Positions 12,941-23,201 of a stretch of DNA of 64,000 nucleotides are shown here, in pieces (the stretch's first letter is position 1; the number at the start of each line of letters is the position of its first letter). The notes under the pieces were generated by a model, which worked only from the letters and a program-made list of their open reading frames with translations, searched no databases and was not told the DNA's origin. Where the stretch lies: NCBI GenBank assembly GCA_002269645.1, contig NIVC01002406.1:62001-126000 (forward strand), in the 5' to 3' direction. The DNA is from Macrostomum lignano (Eukaryota). The position numbers and the translations under genes were made by a program.

Positions 12941-13570
12941 GTTGATAACTAAGAAGTGAATCTTCATCAGCAACAAATGATCGGCGAAGTTCGTCAAACA
13001 CCATTTCGGTTCTCATGGCATAGTTGCGAACCTGGGTCTCCTCGGCCGCTCTTGAACGAATTCGCTGGTTCTCAACTTTTTCATTGAAGAAATTGTGGAG
13101 AACTTCTTGAATTCGCTCTGACGCCTGTTCGTCGGCATCTAATCCTTCAACAAGGCGACCGTGGATATTTTCTAGGTCGGTCGAGTAGAACGTAATTTTT
13201 TGTGAACTAAAAACAAAGATTTAATTAAAATAAGAGATTTTTCAATTCTCTTATTAGAATTCTATTAATTCTATTAATTCTAGAATTCTATAGAATTCTT
13301 AGAATTCTATTCTACAGGATAGAATTTCAGTAAGTAAAAAAATGAATAAACTTACAACATAATGAAATCAGCAGCCACAACGGTGCAGTATTGCGTGACG
13401 AAGAACGTGTCCGAGCAAAATGAGCTGAATTTTCTTGCTTGCTTTAACTAGCTTTCGAGCGATCGATTCCCTCCACCCGCTTGAAGACCCAGGGCTACTT
13501 TTCTCAACTTTTAAAAATGCAGCTGTTGCGTTTGGCCGGGGCTGAGAATAATAGTTAAACCCTTCCCGAC

Positions 13571-14059
13571 TCAAGCGCCCCTCTGTACCCCCAGCTCTTT
13601 CAGCAGTCTTCCTAGTACCTTGTTAGGAGCGCACAAAATAAACCCTTCGCCCTCTCTCCCCACGCACCCACCCTCTCTCCCCAAACACCCACCCTCGGCG
13701 TTTATTCCCAACCCCAACTTTGTCTTACCAAAAATAACAGCTTTAACTAGCTTCCGAGCGATCGATTCCTTCCACCCGCTTGAAGCCCCTATATTGTCTA
13801 GTCTCCTAAGCATTTCTTTGTCCCAGCGATTCTTCTCCCCAGGAAAATCTCTATACTTAACGTCGTGCCACATGCAGACAGAGTCTAGCTCGTTCACAGG
13901 CTCATGCCCAGGATTTGGATTATTGTTTTTATCTAACTGTATTTCAAGTGGATTCAAAGGCCCACAATATTTGTACCCGGGAATTGTCCAGCCTTTGTTT
14001 GGTTGAGGAAGCTTTTCTATCAGTCCATGTGAATCTAACTTACCACCAGAGCGTTGCAT
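13571..14059 (-). CDS. Parvovirus VP1u-type phospholipase A2 domain protein (Maverick/adintovirus PLA2X-like)
   Basis: Ca-binding loop PGYKYCGPLN and catalytic helix NELDSVCMWHDVKY (HD dyad) match the parvoviral PLA2 motifs. Confidence 0.88.
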   Translation of the reverse strand: MQRSGGKLDSHGLIEKLPQPNKGWTIPGYKYCGPLNPLEIQLDKNNNPNPGHEPVNELDSVCMWHDVKYRDFPGEKNRWDKEMLRRLDNIGASSGWKESIARKLVKAVIFGKTKLGLGINAEGGCLGREGGCVGREGEGFILCAPNKVLGRLLKELGVQRGA

Positions 14060-14088
14060 TATTTTATTTAAAATTTTCTTTTTAAAAA

Positions 14089-15123
14089 ATGACAGATCAG
14101 AAACTTAAAAAACTCTACTACAGCGACAAAGGATTCTTTGTAGGCAAAAATGCCGTTAGTAAACTCATGGAGCTGAGTAAGGAACCAAAAGCTACAGTAG
14201 AAAAATGGCTCTCTAAGCAGGCTGTCTTTCAAGTCTATTTCCCACCAGTAAAATTTGAAAGGCCCCATTTCAGTATTTATAAACCTAATGAGGCGCACCA
14301 AGCAGATCTTCTGTTTCTCCCCAATGACTCAGGCTACAAGTATGCTCTTACAATTACTGACATTGCCCCCAGATATAAGGAAGCTCGCCCACTAAAGACT
14401 AAACAATCAGAAGCAGTTGCAGCCGCACTCCAAGATATTTACAAAAACTCTCCGCTCACACACCCCCAAACCCTTATGACAGACCCGGGTAAGGAATTCA
14501 TGGGTGCAGTCAAATCCCTTATGGAAAAGAAAAATACGAAGATTCGCTACGGAAGAACAGACCTGCACAGGGACCAAGCGTACGTTGAGAGATTTAATTT
14601 AACTCTAGCCAAGAGACTATTCACTAAGCAGACAGCGCAAGAACTCAAACTGAGTGCGGGGCAGTACTATACCAAGTGGAGAGAAAGACTCCCCACTGTT
14701 ATAGAGCAACTGAACAATGAAGTCACACGTATGACTGGATTGAAACCGTCCCATGCAATTAAACAAGACACTGTCGAACTTAAGGCATCTCATAGAACAG
14801 ACAACACACACAACACACACAACACGCACAACACAAAACACACCTCGAACTACCCTAAGCTTCCAGGAGTTGAATCACCATACATACTGACAAACTCTGA
14901 GTTTCTACGCTTTTTATATCTACCTGGAGAGCTAGAGAAAAACACCAAAAGAAGAGCTACAGATCCATACTTCAGCCTTGATGTACATAAAATAGACAGA
15001 CATTTTACCTCCGACTCCGGTGACTATTACTTTTTATCTCAAGCCTTTAACCCTAAATCCCCCACGCGGTCATTCACTAGAGCTGAACTCCTAGTGATAC
15101 CAGCTGACACAGAAATTAATTAA
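14089..15123 (+). CDS. Retroviral-type (rve) DDE integrase of the Maverick, intact
   Basis: HQADLL, LTITD, LMTDPGKEF and QAYVERFNLTL motifs. C-terminal RRATDPYFSLDVHKI. No chromodomain seen. Confidence 0.93.
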   Translation: MTDQKLKKLYYSDKGFFVGKNAVSKLMELSKEPKATVEKWLSKQAVFQVYFPPVKFERPHFSIYKPNEAHQADLLFLPNDSGYKYALTITDIAPRYKEARPLKTKQSEAVAAALQDIYKNSPLTHPQTLMTDPGKEFMGAVKSLMEKKNTKIRYGRTDLHRDQAYVERFNLTLAKRLFTKQTAQELKLSAGQYYTKWRERLPTVIEQLNNEVTRMTGLKPSHAIKQDTVELKASHRTDNTHNTHNTHNTKHTSNYPKLPGVESPYILTNSEFLRFLYLPGELEKNTKRRATDPYFSLDVHKIDRHFTSDSGDYYFLSQAFNPKSPTRSFTRAELLVIPADTEIN

Positions 15124-15139
15124 AATATTAAAATAAAAA

Positions 15140-15472
15140 ATGGCAAAGATTGAAACCAGAACCATCAATAAACTCAATAAAATCATTGAATCAAAGAGAC
15201 CAGGTCTTATATCAATTAAAGGTGCCAAAGTAAAAATCGATCCCGTGCAGCAAATAGTTCAATGTAATGAACAAAGACACAGCATCACAGATGAAAAGTC
15301 AGGAGGAATCCTACCATTAGCAGCTCTTATCCCAATCATTGCAGGCGCTGTAAGTGCCGCAGGTGGTGTAGCTGGAGGTGTAGCAACTGCTGTTAAAGCT
15401 GGGAATGATAGAGCCCACCAGCTAGAATTGCAAAAGATTGCAAGAGACAAAGGCAGGAGATGGGTGCCCTGA
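15140..15472 (+). CDS. Small basic protein with an adenovirus pX/mu-like hydrophobic C-terminal segment
   Basis: KSGGILPLAALIPIIAGAVSAAGGVAGGVATAV resembles adenoviral pX (GGILPLLIPLIAAAIGAVPGIASVA), judged by eye. Confidence 0.65.
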   Translation: MAKIETRTINKLNKIIESKRPGLISIKGAKVKIDPVQQIVQCNEQRHSITDEKSGGILPLAALIPIIAGAVSAAGGVAGGVATAVKAGNDRAHQLELQKIARDKGRRWVP

Positions 15473-15713
15473 TTTTGATGATTGTGATGATCATGATGAT
15501 TGTGAGCATGAAAATTCTGTAAGCAAGTCTGACATTGTCAAAGCCATCATGACACTGCACAATGCTGGGTTTACAATAATGCGCATGTGATGAGGTTTAA
15601 AACCCCACTTTATCCAGCTTCATAAACCTAACGCTACTTATAGGATGTAGAAACAGTTCAACTTTTCTATCAGGGTGGTCACCCTCAAAATGTTTTTTAT
15701 ATTTTCGAGAAAA

Positions 15714-16115
15714 ATGCCAAAAGCCAATCCAGCAAGAGATTTAGTCAACAAATATTTTTCGTCTCATTTACCCTACCCTACAACCTTACAAGACGTCTCA
15801 TTTCAGGACAAAAGTAATTTACTAAGAAAAGCATGTAAACAAAAGTTTAACACCGACCCTGGTCACCTGGGAAGCTATGAAAAACAGTTGGAAATCATCA
15901 ACCAATTAGAATCCAACCAGTATGCGCCTATACAAAATCCTGCAAAGGAACACCAAGAGAGGAGTCGCAACTTAGTTAACAAATATGAAACTCTCACTGG
16001 TGAAAAAGCAAAGTACCCACAAAATAAGCAGGAACAAGAGAAATTAGAGCAATTAATCCACTTAAAAGAGTCGGAGCTTGCCATTGAACAGATTAGTTTT
16101 GCACAGAGGAAGTGA
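15714..16115 (+). CDS. Maverick hypothetical protein, truncated by the LTR insertion
   Basis: Likely start at gagaaaaATG (15714). The stop codon is the TGA formed by the first three bases of the LTR (16113-16115). Confidence 0.55.
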   Translation: MPKANPARDLVNKYFSSHLPYPTTLQDVSFQDKSNLLRKACKQKFNTDPGHLGSYEKQLEIINQLESNQYAPIQNPAKEHQERSRNLVNKYETLTGEKAKYPQNKQEQEKLEQLIHLKESELAIEQISFAQRK

Positions 16116-18100
16116 TGGGTTTCGACCTTCGGGTCCCTTGTTAGGAAGCCTTCGGGCCTCAGGCCCAGAAGCAAATCACTTAGAGACCTGGCCCCCCACT
16201 CCTGTCAGATGGTCAGCCCCATGGTAGCTTGATCGTGTGGCGAGCAGTCTAGGTCCTATAGCTAAGAGAGGGACAGCGAGAGACAAGCAGGGAGAATTTT
16301 GAAGGTATAAATTAGCTAATCCGCAGACTAAGCTAACTCGCTGCCACCAGCTCGTGCGTCCTGGCTCACCACACCGGGACTCTCGAAATCGGGCTTCCGA
16401 CTAGAAGGGGCTTTGCACTTACCTGCCAACTAGTGTCTTTTTGCTGTCTATCTCGAAGTCATAGCCGATGATAAGGGACACTGCTGGGACTAGATCGCAT
16501 TGGCCATGCAGGTACAGAGGGGACTTGTGCAGGGGATTCTTGCAGTGGCGAGTCTATGGGGTAGCTACATGTACTATTACATTGCTAAATACGAAGATAT
16601 GTACTTTTGGCCTTCAACGCGCCAACTAGCCTCTCATAGCGCTGATGATAGACTAACTCGAACTTCAGAGACCGCATGATTCATTACCCGAGCCGCTTGG
16701 CTAACCTAGAGTGCACAAAGTACATCTCTGGCGCCGATTCTGCACTTCTGGCAGTTTTGCTCACTGATTTGGTAGATTGATCGACTGAGAACTGCCTGGC
16801 CATTGGTCCACTGTGACCGGCGCCTACTAGCTTAGCCACTCATCTGAGCCATCGGCGAACAAGGAAATAAAACCGATAAAAATAACTGTTAGATTTAACC
16901 TTCTCCTTAGATCACTTCACACCTCAGATTGAATTGGAGTTTCAGACTACTAGTAGTATTATTAAGTGATTTCTGCCTCAGTAACAGCACTACTGAACAA
17001 AATGAGCAAAAGTGTGCGCCTAATTCAGCTACTGAAACAGGGGACAGATAGGGGATCACCCAATCAAGCAAGTCTAGGTAGCCTCTCACCCAACCAATCA
17101 GAAACTCAACAGCCGGAGACCAGGAAATCCACAGTGACCGAATCGGCTTGATGCTTCGCAGCTGTAGACTCGGGATGATGCTGACACAATCTTCGCTGAT
17201 AGCTAACAGGTGATGATCTTCGCTTGATGTTCGCTGCTGACGACCGGGGGATTCGTCCTTGATGATGATGGGGGGAAGTCGCAATCCGGGGATCAAGAAA
17301 CGACGGTCGCGCTCCGGGAACCAGAAGTTGCGTGCTGGGCCCGAGCAAGAGGATGCGTCCGAGCGGGCCAAAAACTCCGGTTTAAATAGCCGCCAACTGG
17401 ACCGCAGTTTGTTATAATGGAACACGTCGATTCTGATTGGCTGAGCCGTTTTGTTAAAATGAGCGCCAAATTTTCTGATTGGCTAAGCTTGTTGCTACCC
17501 AGAATCACGTGACCGAGAGATCCTATCAGTTCCCACAGGGTCGTAAAAAGATGACAGGTGCGGCCATAAATCACTCAAAATCGCAACAAAATGATTTATG
17601 ACTTTTCGCGTAGGATTGACAGAAATTAATGAAAAAATATACATTAGAAAGCTCTTATTAAATAGAAAGTGAAGATAATGAAGAGAAATCGCTAATCGCT
17701 AATCCCAAAGTACTTTTAGGGGTAAAACGCATAGCTGTCAAAGCTGTCACACGCTTGAGTGAATCCGAACAATAGGCTCTGACCTCATAAATCTTGATGG
17801 CCTGTCAAAATGATGAGAAAAAAGCTACCGCCCGCATCCTCTCAGACCATCTGGCGCCCGTCTCAACACTGAGTGAGGCGCAGGTGGCTGTCAGACCAAC
17901 TTCGGAAGCGATGATTTACGACCCAAAAAGCTACGCCTATGTTATTATGACTACTAGTATGGCCAGACATTATATCTAGTATAGATTCTATGACAATTTG
18001 CAGAAAAAAGATAAAAATGCCCCTTGCCCACTGTTAGTAGGCAAGTAAGTTTAGAGCCCATGTGCTAGCGCGGGATTTGGGAAAAAGTGCGTCCTCATCA
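16113..18100 (-). repeat. 3' LTR, 1988 bp, TGATG...CATCA
   Basis: Inverted terminal pentamers, and homology along its length to 40153-42199. Minus-strand TATTTAAA at 17381-17388 with CCAAT boxes upstream (17436, 17477). Confidence 0.88.
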
Positions 18101-18115
18101 TATGCCCCCCTATTT
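18101..18115 (-). other. Polypurine tract
   Basis: Minus strand reads aaataggggggcata immediately before the LTR TGATG. Confidence 0.65.
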
Positions 18116-20131
18116 GTGAGTTAATCGCAGATTAACTCAAAAACAAAGAAGAAAAATGAGCGCAGTTTTGTACAAAATCGCAGCTAGCACATCACAAAGT
18201 TAGTAAAAATAATAGTTACTCACAAATAGGTACTAAAATATTAAATTAACACGCATCCCAAGAAAGGAAATCCCGAAAGAGAAAGAATTTGGGGAAGGGA
18301 AAGAATGAAATAAGAAAGGGATCAAAAGAAAGGTGCTTAAAAATAGATATCGCATTTGCCAATACAGTATTAAGTGCGAGATACATGTAAGGGAATAATA
18401 AACAGATAAATTATTGCCGCGCGAGAAGACATAGTTCAAAATGTGCGAGATGGGATAAACAGCGCATGTTCAACGAGACTAAGCTTCATTGTTCGCGTTC
18501 GAGTCAGTCTCGATTCTACCTGTTAAGCCTCTTGATGGCTTAATTCTTTTGCCGCGCGGCCGACCCGAGCCAGGATGGGCGAGGAGCCTGGGAAATGCGT
18601 TGCACATTCTCCCCTTCCGCCTGTGGAATCCACGTGCCAGGGGTTGCCGTGCTCATCTGACGGCTGCTGGCGAATGGCGACCCTCAGAGGATTAAGGGAC
18701 CCTCGAGTCATCTTTGCTGACTGGCTGAGACGCTGCTGGGGAGGATGACCTCAACCGCCTCGAGTTCGCAGGGAGATAAAAGCGACTGACCACTCGGATC
18801 ATCCGCAAATTATCATTTGCATCTCCGAGTCCTGCAACTCTCGCAACAACGTTTCGCGCGCCAGCCAAAGCCTCGCCACTGCCGCATTTGCTGACTTCGC
18901 ACCGAGCCAGACCAGCCTCCGTAGACCTCCAATCTCCAACTGGTAAGTCTCATCTCAGCTTTGCGATACTCTACCGTCCACTTCCACTCAATCAGACAAT
19001 CCCAGACCCATCCCAAAGTCTCAGCAACCTTCAGGGTACACTCCCTCCTGCTCATTTGCCCATTCAGTGCTGTGTAGGATATATATACTTTGAAATGTAT
19101 TATGAATAGAGTTTCAGATAAGAGGCAGAATAATTTTGAACACTAGTGTTATATTTTAAAAGTTCTTTCGAAGATTTTTGTCTTCAAAACTCCGCTTCAA
19201 TCGCATTCTCTTCCAAGTTTAGTTCACACAATACTATTTTGATTCACACTCAGTATTACTACGTATCAGTAGTATCGCACGGCCGCGAGTTAAGTTTTCG
19301 AATACAATAAAGAATTTCGTATTAATTCAGGCGGACCACTTGTACTTTATTTAAGATTTTACTAGCTTAATCATTCCTAATATCCACCTATATTAATCAT
19401 CTAATCTGACCTAGTACTAAATTTTGCTTACTATTAGTCTCTTTCTTCGCTTCGGCTCAGTGAGTTTAGTAACACGAGAAGTCCTACATTTCAATTTTAA
19501 CTCAGGCCAAGAATCAATTCCAAGGCTGGCATTGCATGTTCTAATTTTGAAAACATTCATGTCAAACTAGGCAAAATAAACAAGCAATCACATACACGCA
19601 CACGACACATAGTTTCCGCCACCATTTGATGAACTTTCTACGAAAAAGGAGAAAAAACGCAAAACACTACTGATATGGATACAAATAGCATGACACAACA
19701 TTTATAAAATGAGCAAGCAAGAAATTAAGCATTTTGATTTTACGCACATGTAAAATAATGACACAACATAGAAATAAATACGCGGGAATAAATAGTAAAG
19801 CAACAGTGAATATAAATATGGAAATGCATTTTCAAAGCACCAGGGGGGTATTTACAGGGGGATCAGGGAGGGTACCAAAGACATTATGAGAAAGCAATTG
19901 TTCACGCAATAAGAGGATATATTTACAAGGGGCATAGCAGCACAAAAAGAAAAGAATAGGGGGTTGAAATTTTGCTTTGGCATGACAAAAAATTTGGTTG
20001 AGAATTGAACATGAAAATAGAGGCACAGCTCGCCTACTAACCACTACTTAAGCCGAACGGTTTGAGAAAAAATAGTTTAAAATGCTTTTTCCCTAATTAA
20101 AATTTGTTCATAACCGTTCCACCTTCAATTC

Positions 20132-21307
20132 TCACACTTCTTGGTTGGCGTCTTGGCTTCTCTGATACAACACCGCCACGCTCAGTTCCCAAATCTTCCT
20201 GTCGGCATCGAGGGCGGCAGGCATCTTGAGGACCGAGCGCGGGGGGTCCTCACCGCGGTGGAACACATCATTAAGTAGGTCGTAGACGATTCTCAAGCGG
20301 AGATACCCAGCCTCGCGCACCAGCGCATTGTATAGCTGGTTCCTCTCGAGCTGCTCGGGCGCCAGCAGCCAGAAACGCTCGTTCGCCGGGACAATGATGA
20401 GGCGTTCGCGAAGGCGTCGAGGGCAGGGCTGCAAGAGTGGCAGGCCGCCCCAGTTCTCGGCAGCTTCGCCGACTGCCAACACCAGCACTGTTGTTGCCAG
20501 GCAGTCTTGCAGCGCTAGCTGCGCGGCCCACTCGCCCACTTGATGAGGCGCATAGACGTACAGCGCTTGCGTTAGATCGGTGGCTAGAGCGAACAGCCCA
20601 TCGTGGAAGACGATGACGTTGGTGCCTCGCAGGCCCAGCACAAGTCTGGCGTACATCGCCATCTGCAGAGCCGTCAGATGGACCTCGTGTCGGCTCAGCA
20701 TGGAAACGATGTTAGCCGCCGCCGCAGGGGAGAGGCCGTAGTCGACAGCCGCCGGACAGGGGAAAGTGAGCAGCTGGGCCAGGTAGAGCACCGCCCGGCC
20801 TGGGTTGCTCAGCTGCAGCGGCGCCAGCCGCTGGGTGAGATTCGGCCACCTCGTCGCTGTTGGCCACGGTCCCGCTCTTTCGATCTCGCGGAAATGCCGA
20901 CTCAGCGCTTCGTAGGCTTCGCCGAGGATCACCCGCCATAGGCTATTGTCGACGTCAGCCCATGAGTAGGCCAATTCCGTACCCATCATTGTTGCCGCTC
21001 GAGCATGGGCGGCTCTCAGGGAGTGTCGCTCGTTGATCGCTTGCTGGGCAGCGGGCGGCAGAGTGTAGTGCAGTGGGCCCTCTCCATGCAGGCGGGTGCC
21101 CAGCTGTCGTAACACCCGCTCCTTCACGCTTTGCTCGAGTTCTTCATACCTCTCTTCACTCTCGCCTTCTAGGTGTCGCAGACCATTCAGAATGGCCGGC
21201 CGCTCACCCGTGCTTCCCAGCCCGCCTCGGCTGTGCGGACTAGTAGCGCCGGATGACAGCGGTGAGTGAGCTTCCTCTTTGATAGCATTAACCGAAAAGG
21301 CTTCCAT
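20132..21307 (-). CDS. Intact 391-aa accessory ORF of the LTR element; C-terminal half possibly SGNH/GDSL-hydrolase-like fold
   Basis: Long uninterrupted GC-rich ORF with aaaATGG start and TATAAA at 21412-21417 on the minus strand. Alternating beta/alpha pattern (VIVFHDG, TVLVLAVG, LIIVPA, NQLYNALVREAG, RIVYD). The fold call is inference. Confidence 0.7.
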   Translation of the reverse strand: MEAFSVNAIKEEAHSPLSSGATSPHSRGGLGSTGERPAILNGLRHLEGESEERYEELEQSVKERVLRQLGTRLHGEGPLHYTLPPAAQQAINERHSLRAAHARAATMMGTELAYSWADVDNSLWRVILGEAYEALSRHFREIERAGPWPTATRWPNLTQRLAPLQLSNPGRAVLYLAQLLTFPCPAAVDYGLSPAAAANIVSMLSRHEVHLTALQMAMYARLVLGLRGTNVIVFHDGLFALATDLTQALYVYAPHQVGEWAAQLALQDCLATTVLVLAVGEAAENWGGLPLLQPCPRRLRERLIIVPANERFWLLAPEQLERNQLYNALVREAGYLRLRIVYDLLNDVFHRGEDPPRSVLKMPAALDADRKIWELSVAVLYQRSQDANQEV

Positions 21308-21756
21308 TTTCGCAGATGCACAAAGTTCTCTCTTACAGAAAAAGAATTATAGCTTAGCAGAATGCTTTAGCTCGCAGAAAATCGAATTGATTTACAGTTA
21401 AAGTGTTTCCCTTTATATCCGGAAAACATCAGATAACAGCAAACAAGGGGGGGTGACTCCACGCCGGAGTCTCCCTCCAATTGATACAAATCATTTGGGG
21501 CGCATAGTAGAAAAAACTCATTATGAGGGCCAATAAAACATTTGGGCTCAACAGACCGTCAACTTTTAGCGAGAGAGACAAAAAGCAAGGGTTACAATGG
21601 GGGTGCATGGGGTGCACGAGGGAGGGAAGAGAGAAGAGGAGAAGACTGGGGGGGAGAGATGAGGAATCCCAACAGACTAACTGGGGATGCCAAAAATAGC
21701 CACGGCGGATTCTCCTAAGTGAATTATAGACTCTTCAGAATTATGTTAATTAGACT

Positions 21757-22387
21757 ATGAGCTCAAAACAATTAAGAATTTCGAGCTAATTCCAATCCTG
21801 ACAGCTCTAACTCTTGTTCTATCCTTGACCTGCATTTACTTCTCCGCCTATCACTCGCAGAGGGAGCGCTGATCCTACAACAGAGCCTTGTGCTCAATAA
21901 GAAAATTCTGCACGGCACCTTCTCAGTACTCCCCACCGAGGTGGTGACCCGCGCTGACGGCCAGCGAGTGCTCTGTCCTCGCGCCGGGGTCCTCGCGCCA
22001 CCCCTCATCGAGACCACGTTCACCTGCCGGGGTCAAGCTGAGCCAGCTCAAGGAGGCAGGGGTCGCGGTCGTGGCCGAGCTCGCGGCAACAACCATTCCA
22101 GCAGCTCATCGACCCGACTCGCGACTGTGGCAGCCTCCACTCCCTACGGAGCGTACAGTGCGGGCTCTCCAGGCGCCTCGCCGGTGGTGGCCCTGGACTC
22201 CATCCAAGAGGAGCCGTCGGGCACGCCAGCCGCCACCCAGAACGCTGCACCCGCTGCCGCCGACCTTATGGTACAGCTGCAGGAACACGCCACCATGCTG
22301 CAGACAGTGCAGCACGGCTGTCCGGATCACAACCGGACGGTCGAGCTTCTGCTGCAGGCTGCCTCACGGCTCAGCGAATTACACTAG
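21757..22387 (+). CDS. Antisense accessory ORF of the LTR element (RG-rich; probable 1-nt frameshift near its 5' end)
   Basis: Frame is open from 21776 to 22387. The ATG at 21757 joins it if one A is removed near 21774. AATAAA at 22509 follows the stop. Confidence 0.5.
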
Positions 22388-22688
22388 CTTCCAGACTCAT
22401 ACGCCTACCCTTTGTGTCCATTGCTGCACCATTACTACTATCCATAAATTACTTCTCTAAACAAACTACTACCGTATTAATTTCTTTGTGCCAATATTTC
22501 TGTTCTTGAATAAACTGCTTTTCATAACTTATCATTTCATTCATAATTTTTCTTAAATTCCTAACTATTATTACTGATTAATTTGACCTAATCACTCTAG
22601 AAGTCCAACCTGTTATAATACTTTAGCCAAAGAGGGGTGGGCAAGGGGAAACCGAGTTGGGCCCCAAACCTCAAAGTTCGCAAGGAAG

Positions 22689-23183
22689 TCAACAGAATGG
22701 GAGCATTTGCCCCAATACTAGTAAATTTCTAGTGTGATAGTCCAAGACAGCAGGCGCGGCTGCCAGAAAAGAGTTGCCCAACAGAGGCCTCGTGGCGGGG
22801 TCACTGGCGACTAAAAACATTACTGGCATGGTTTCAGCCCCTAGGGTGACAATCAGCTTGGACTGACCCACAATCTCTAATCTATGCCCGCTATAGGAAT
22901 AGATAGAGACTGTAGGGGCTTCCAACCTGTCCATGTCATCATTAGTGGCCGCCACAAAGTCTCTGAAGGGCAAGATGGAGACTGCCGATCCAGAATCAAT
23001 GAGAATTCGGAGTGGCAATCTCTCCACTTGAACTTTCACATACACGTCAGCTCGAGAGCTTTTAAATGGCATAGCCTTCCTGGGAACAATGAAGTCGGGT
23101 ATGCAATTCACTTTCCTTTTGCCACCATTTGCTAAATTTGCCCTTGAAAGTCCAGAAGAGGGGTGAGTGTGGGCGCCACCCAT
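22689..23183 (-). CDS. Retropepsin aspartic protease in the -1 frame relative to gag, ending in a stop with no RT downstream
   Basis: LIDSGSAVSIL active site and PLLGNSFL C-terminal motif. The frame is open back to the slippery site at 23195-23201. Confidence 0.9.
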   Translation of the reverse strand: MGGAHTHPSSGLSRANLANGGKRKVNCIPDFIVPRKAMPFKSSRADVYVKVQVERLPLRILIDSGSAVSILPFRDFVAATNDDMDRLEAPTVSIYSYSGHRLEIVGQSKLIVTLGAETMPVMFLVASDPATRPLLGNSFLAAAPAVLDYHTRNLLVLGQMLPFC

Positions 23184-23201
23184 CCCTACTCTCAGTTTTC
23201 C
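23161..23201 (-). other. Putative -1 ribosomal frameshift signal (G_GAA_AAC plus downstream stem)
   Basis: The heptamer sits directly before the gag stop in the correct phase, and the protease is in the -1 frame. Downstream gggatgggtg...cactcaccc can pair. Confidence 0.65.

Noticed and set aside
16907-17574. ORFs of 80-172 aa inside the LTR
   Set aside because: They overlap the TATA/CCAAT region and no matching ORF is seen in the related solo LTR.
16113-18100. Reading this LTR as a solo LTR
   Set aside because: Flanks gaag and tatg do not match, and a PPT plus internal genes adjoin it.
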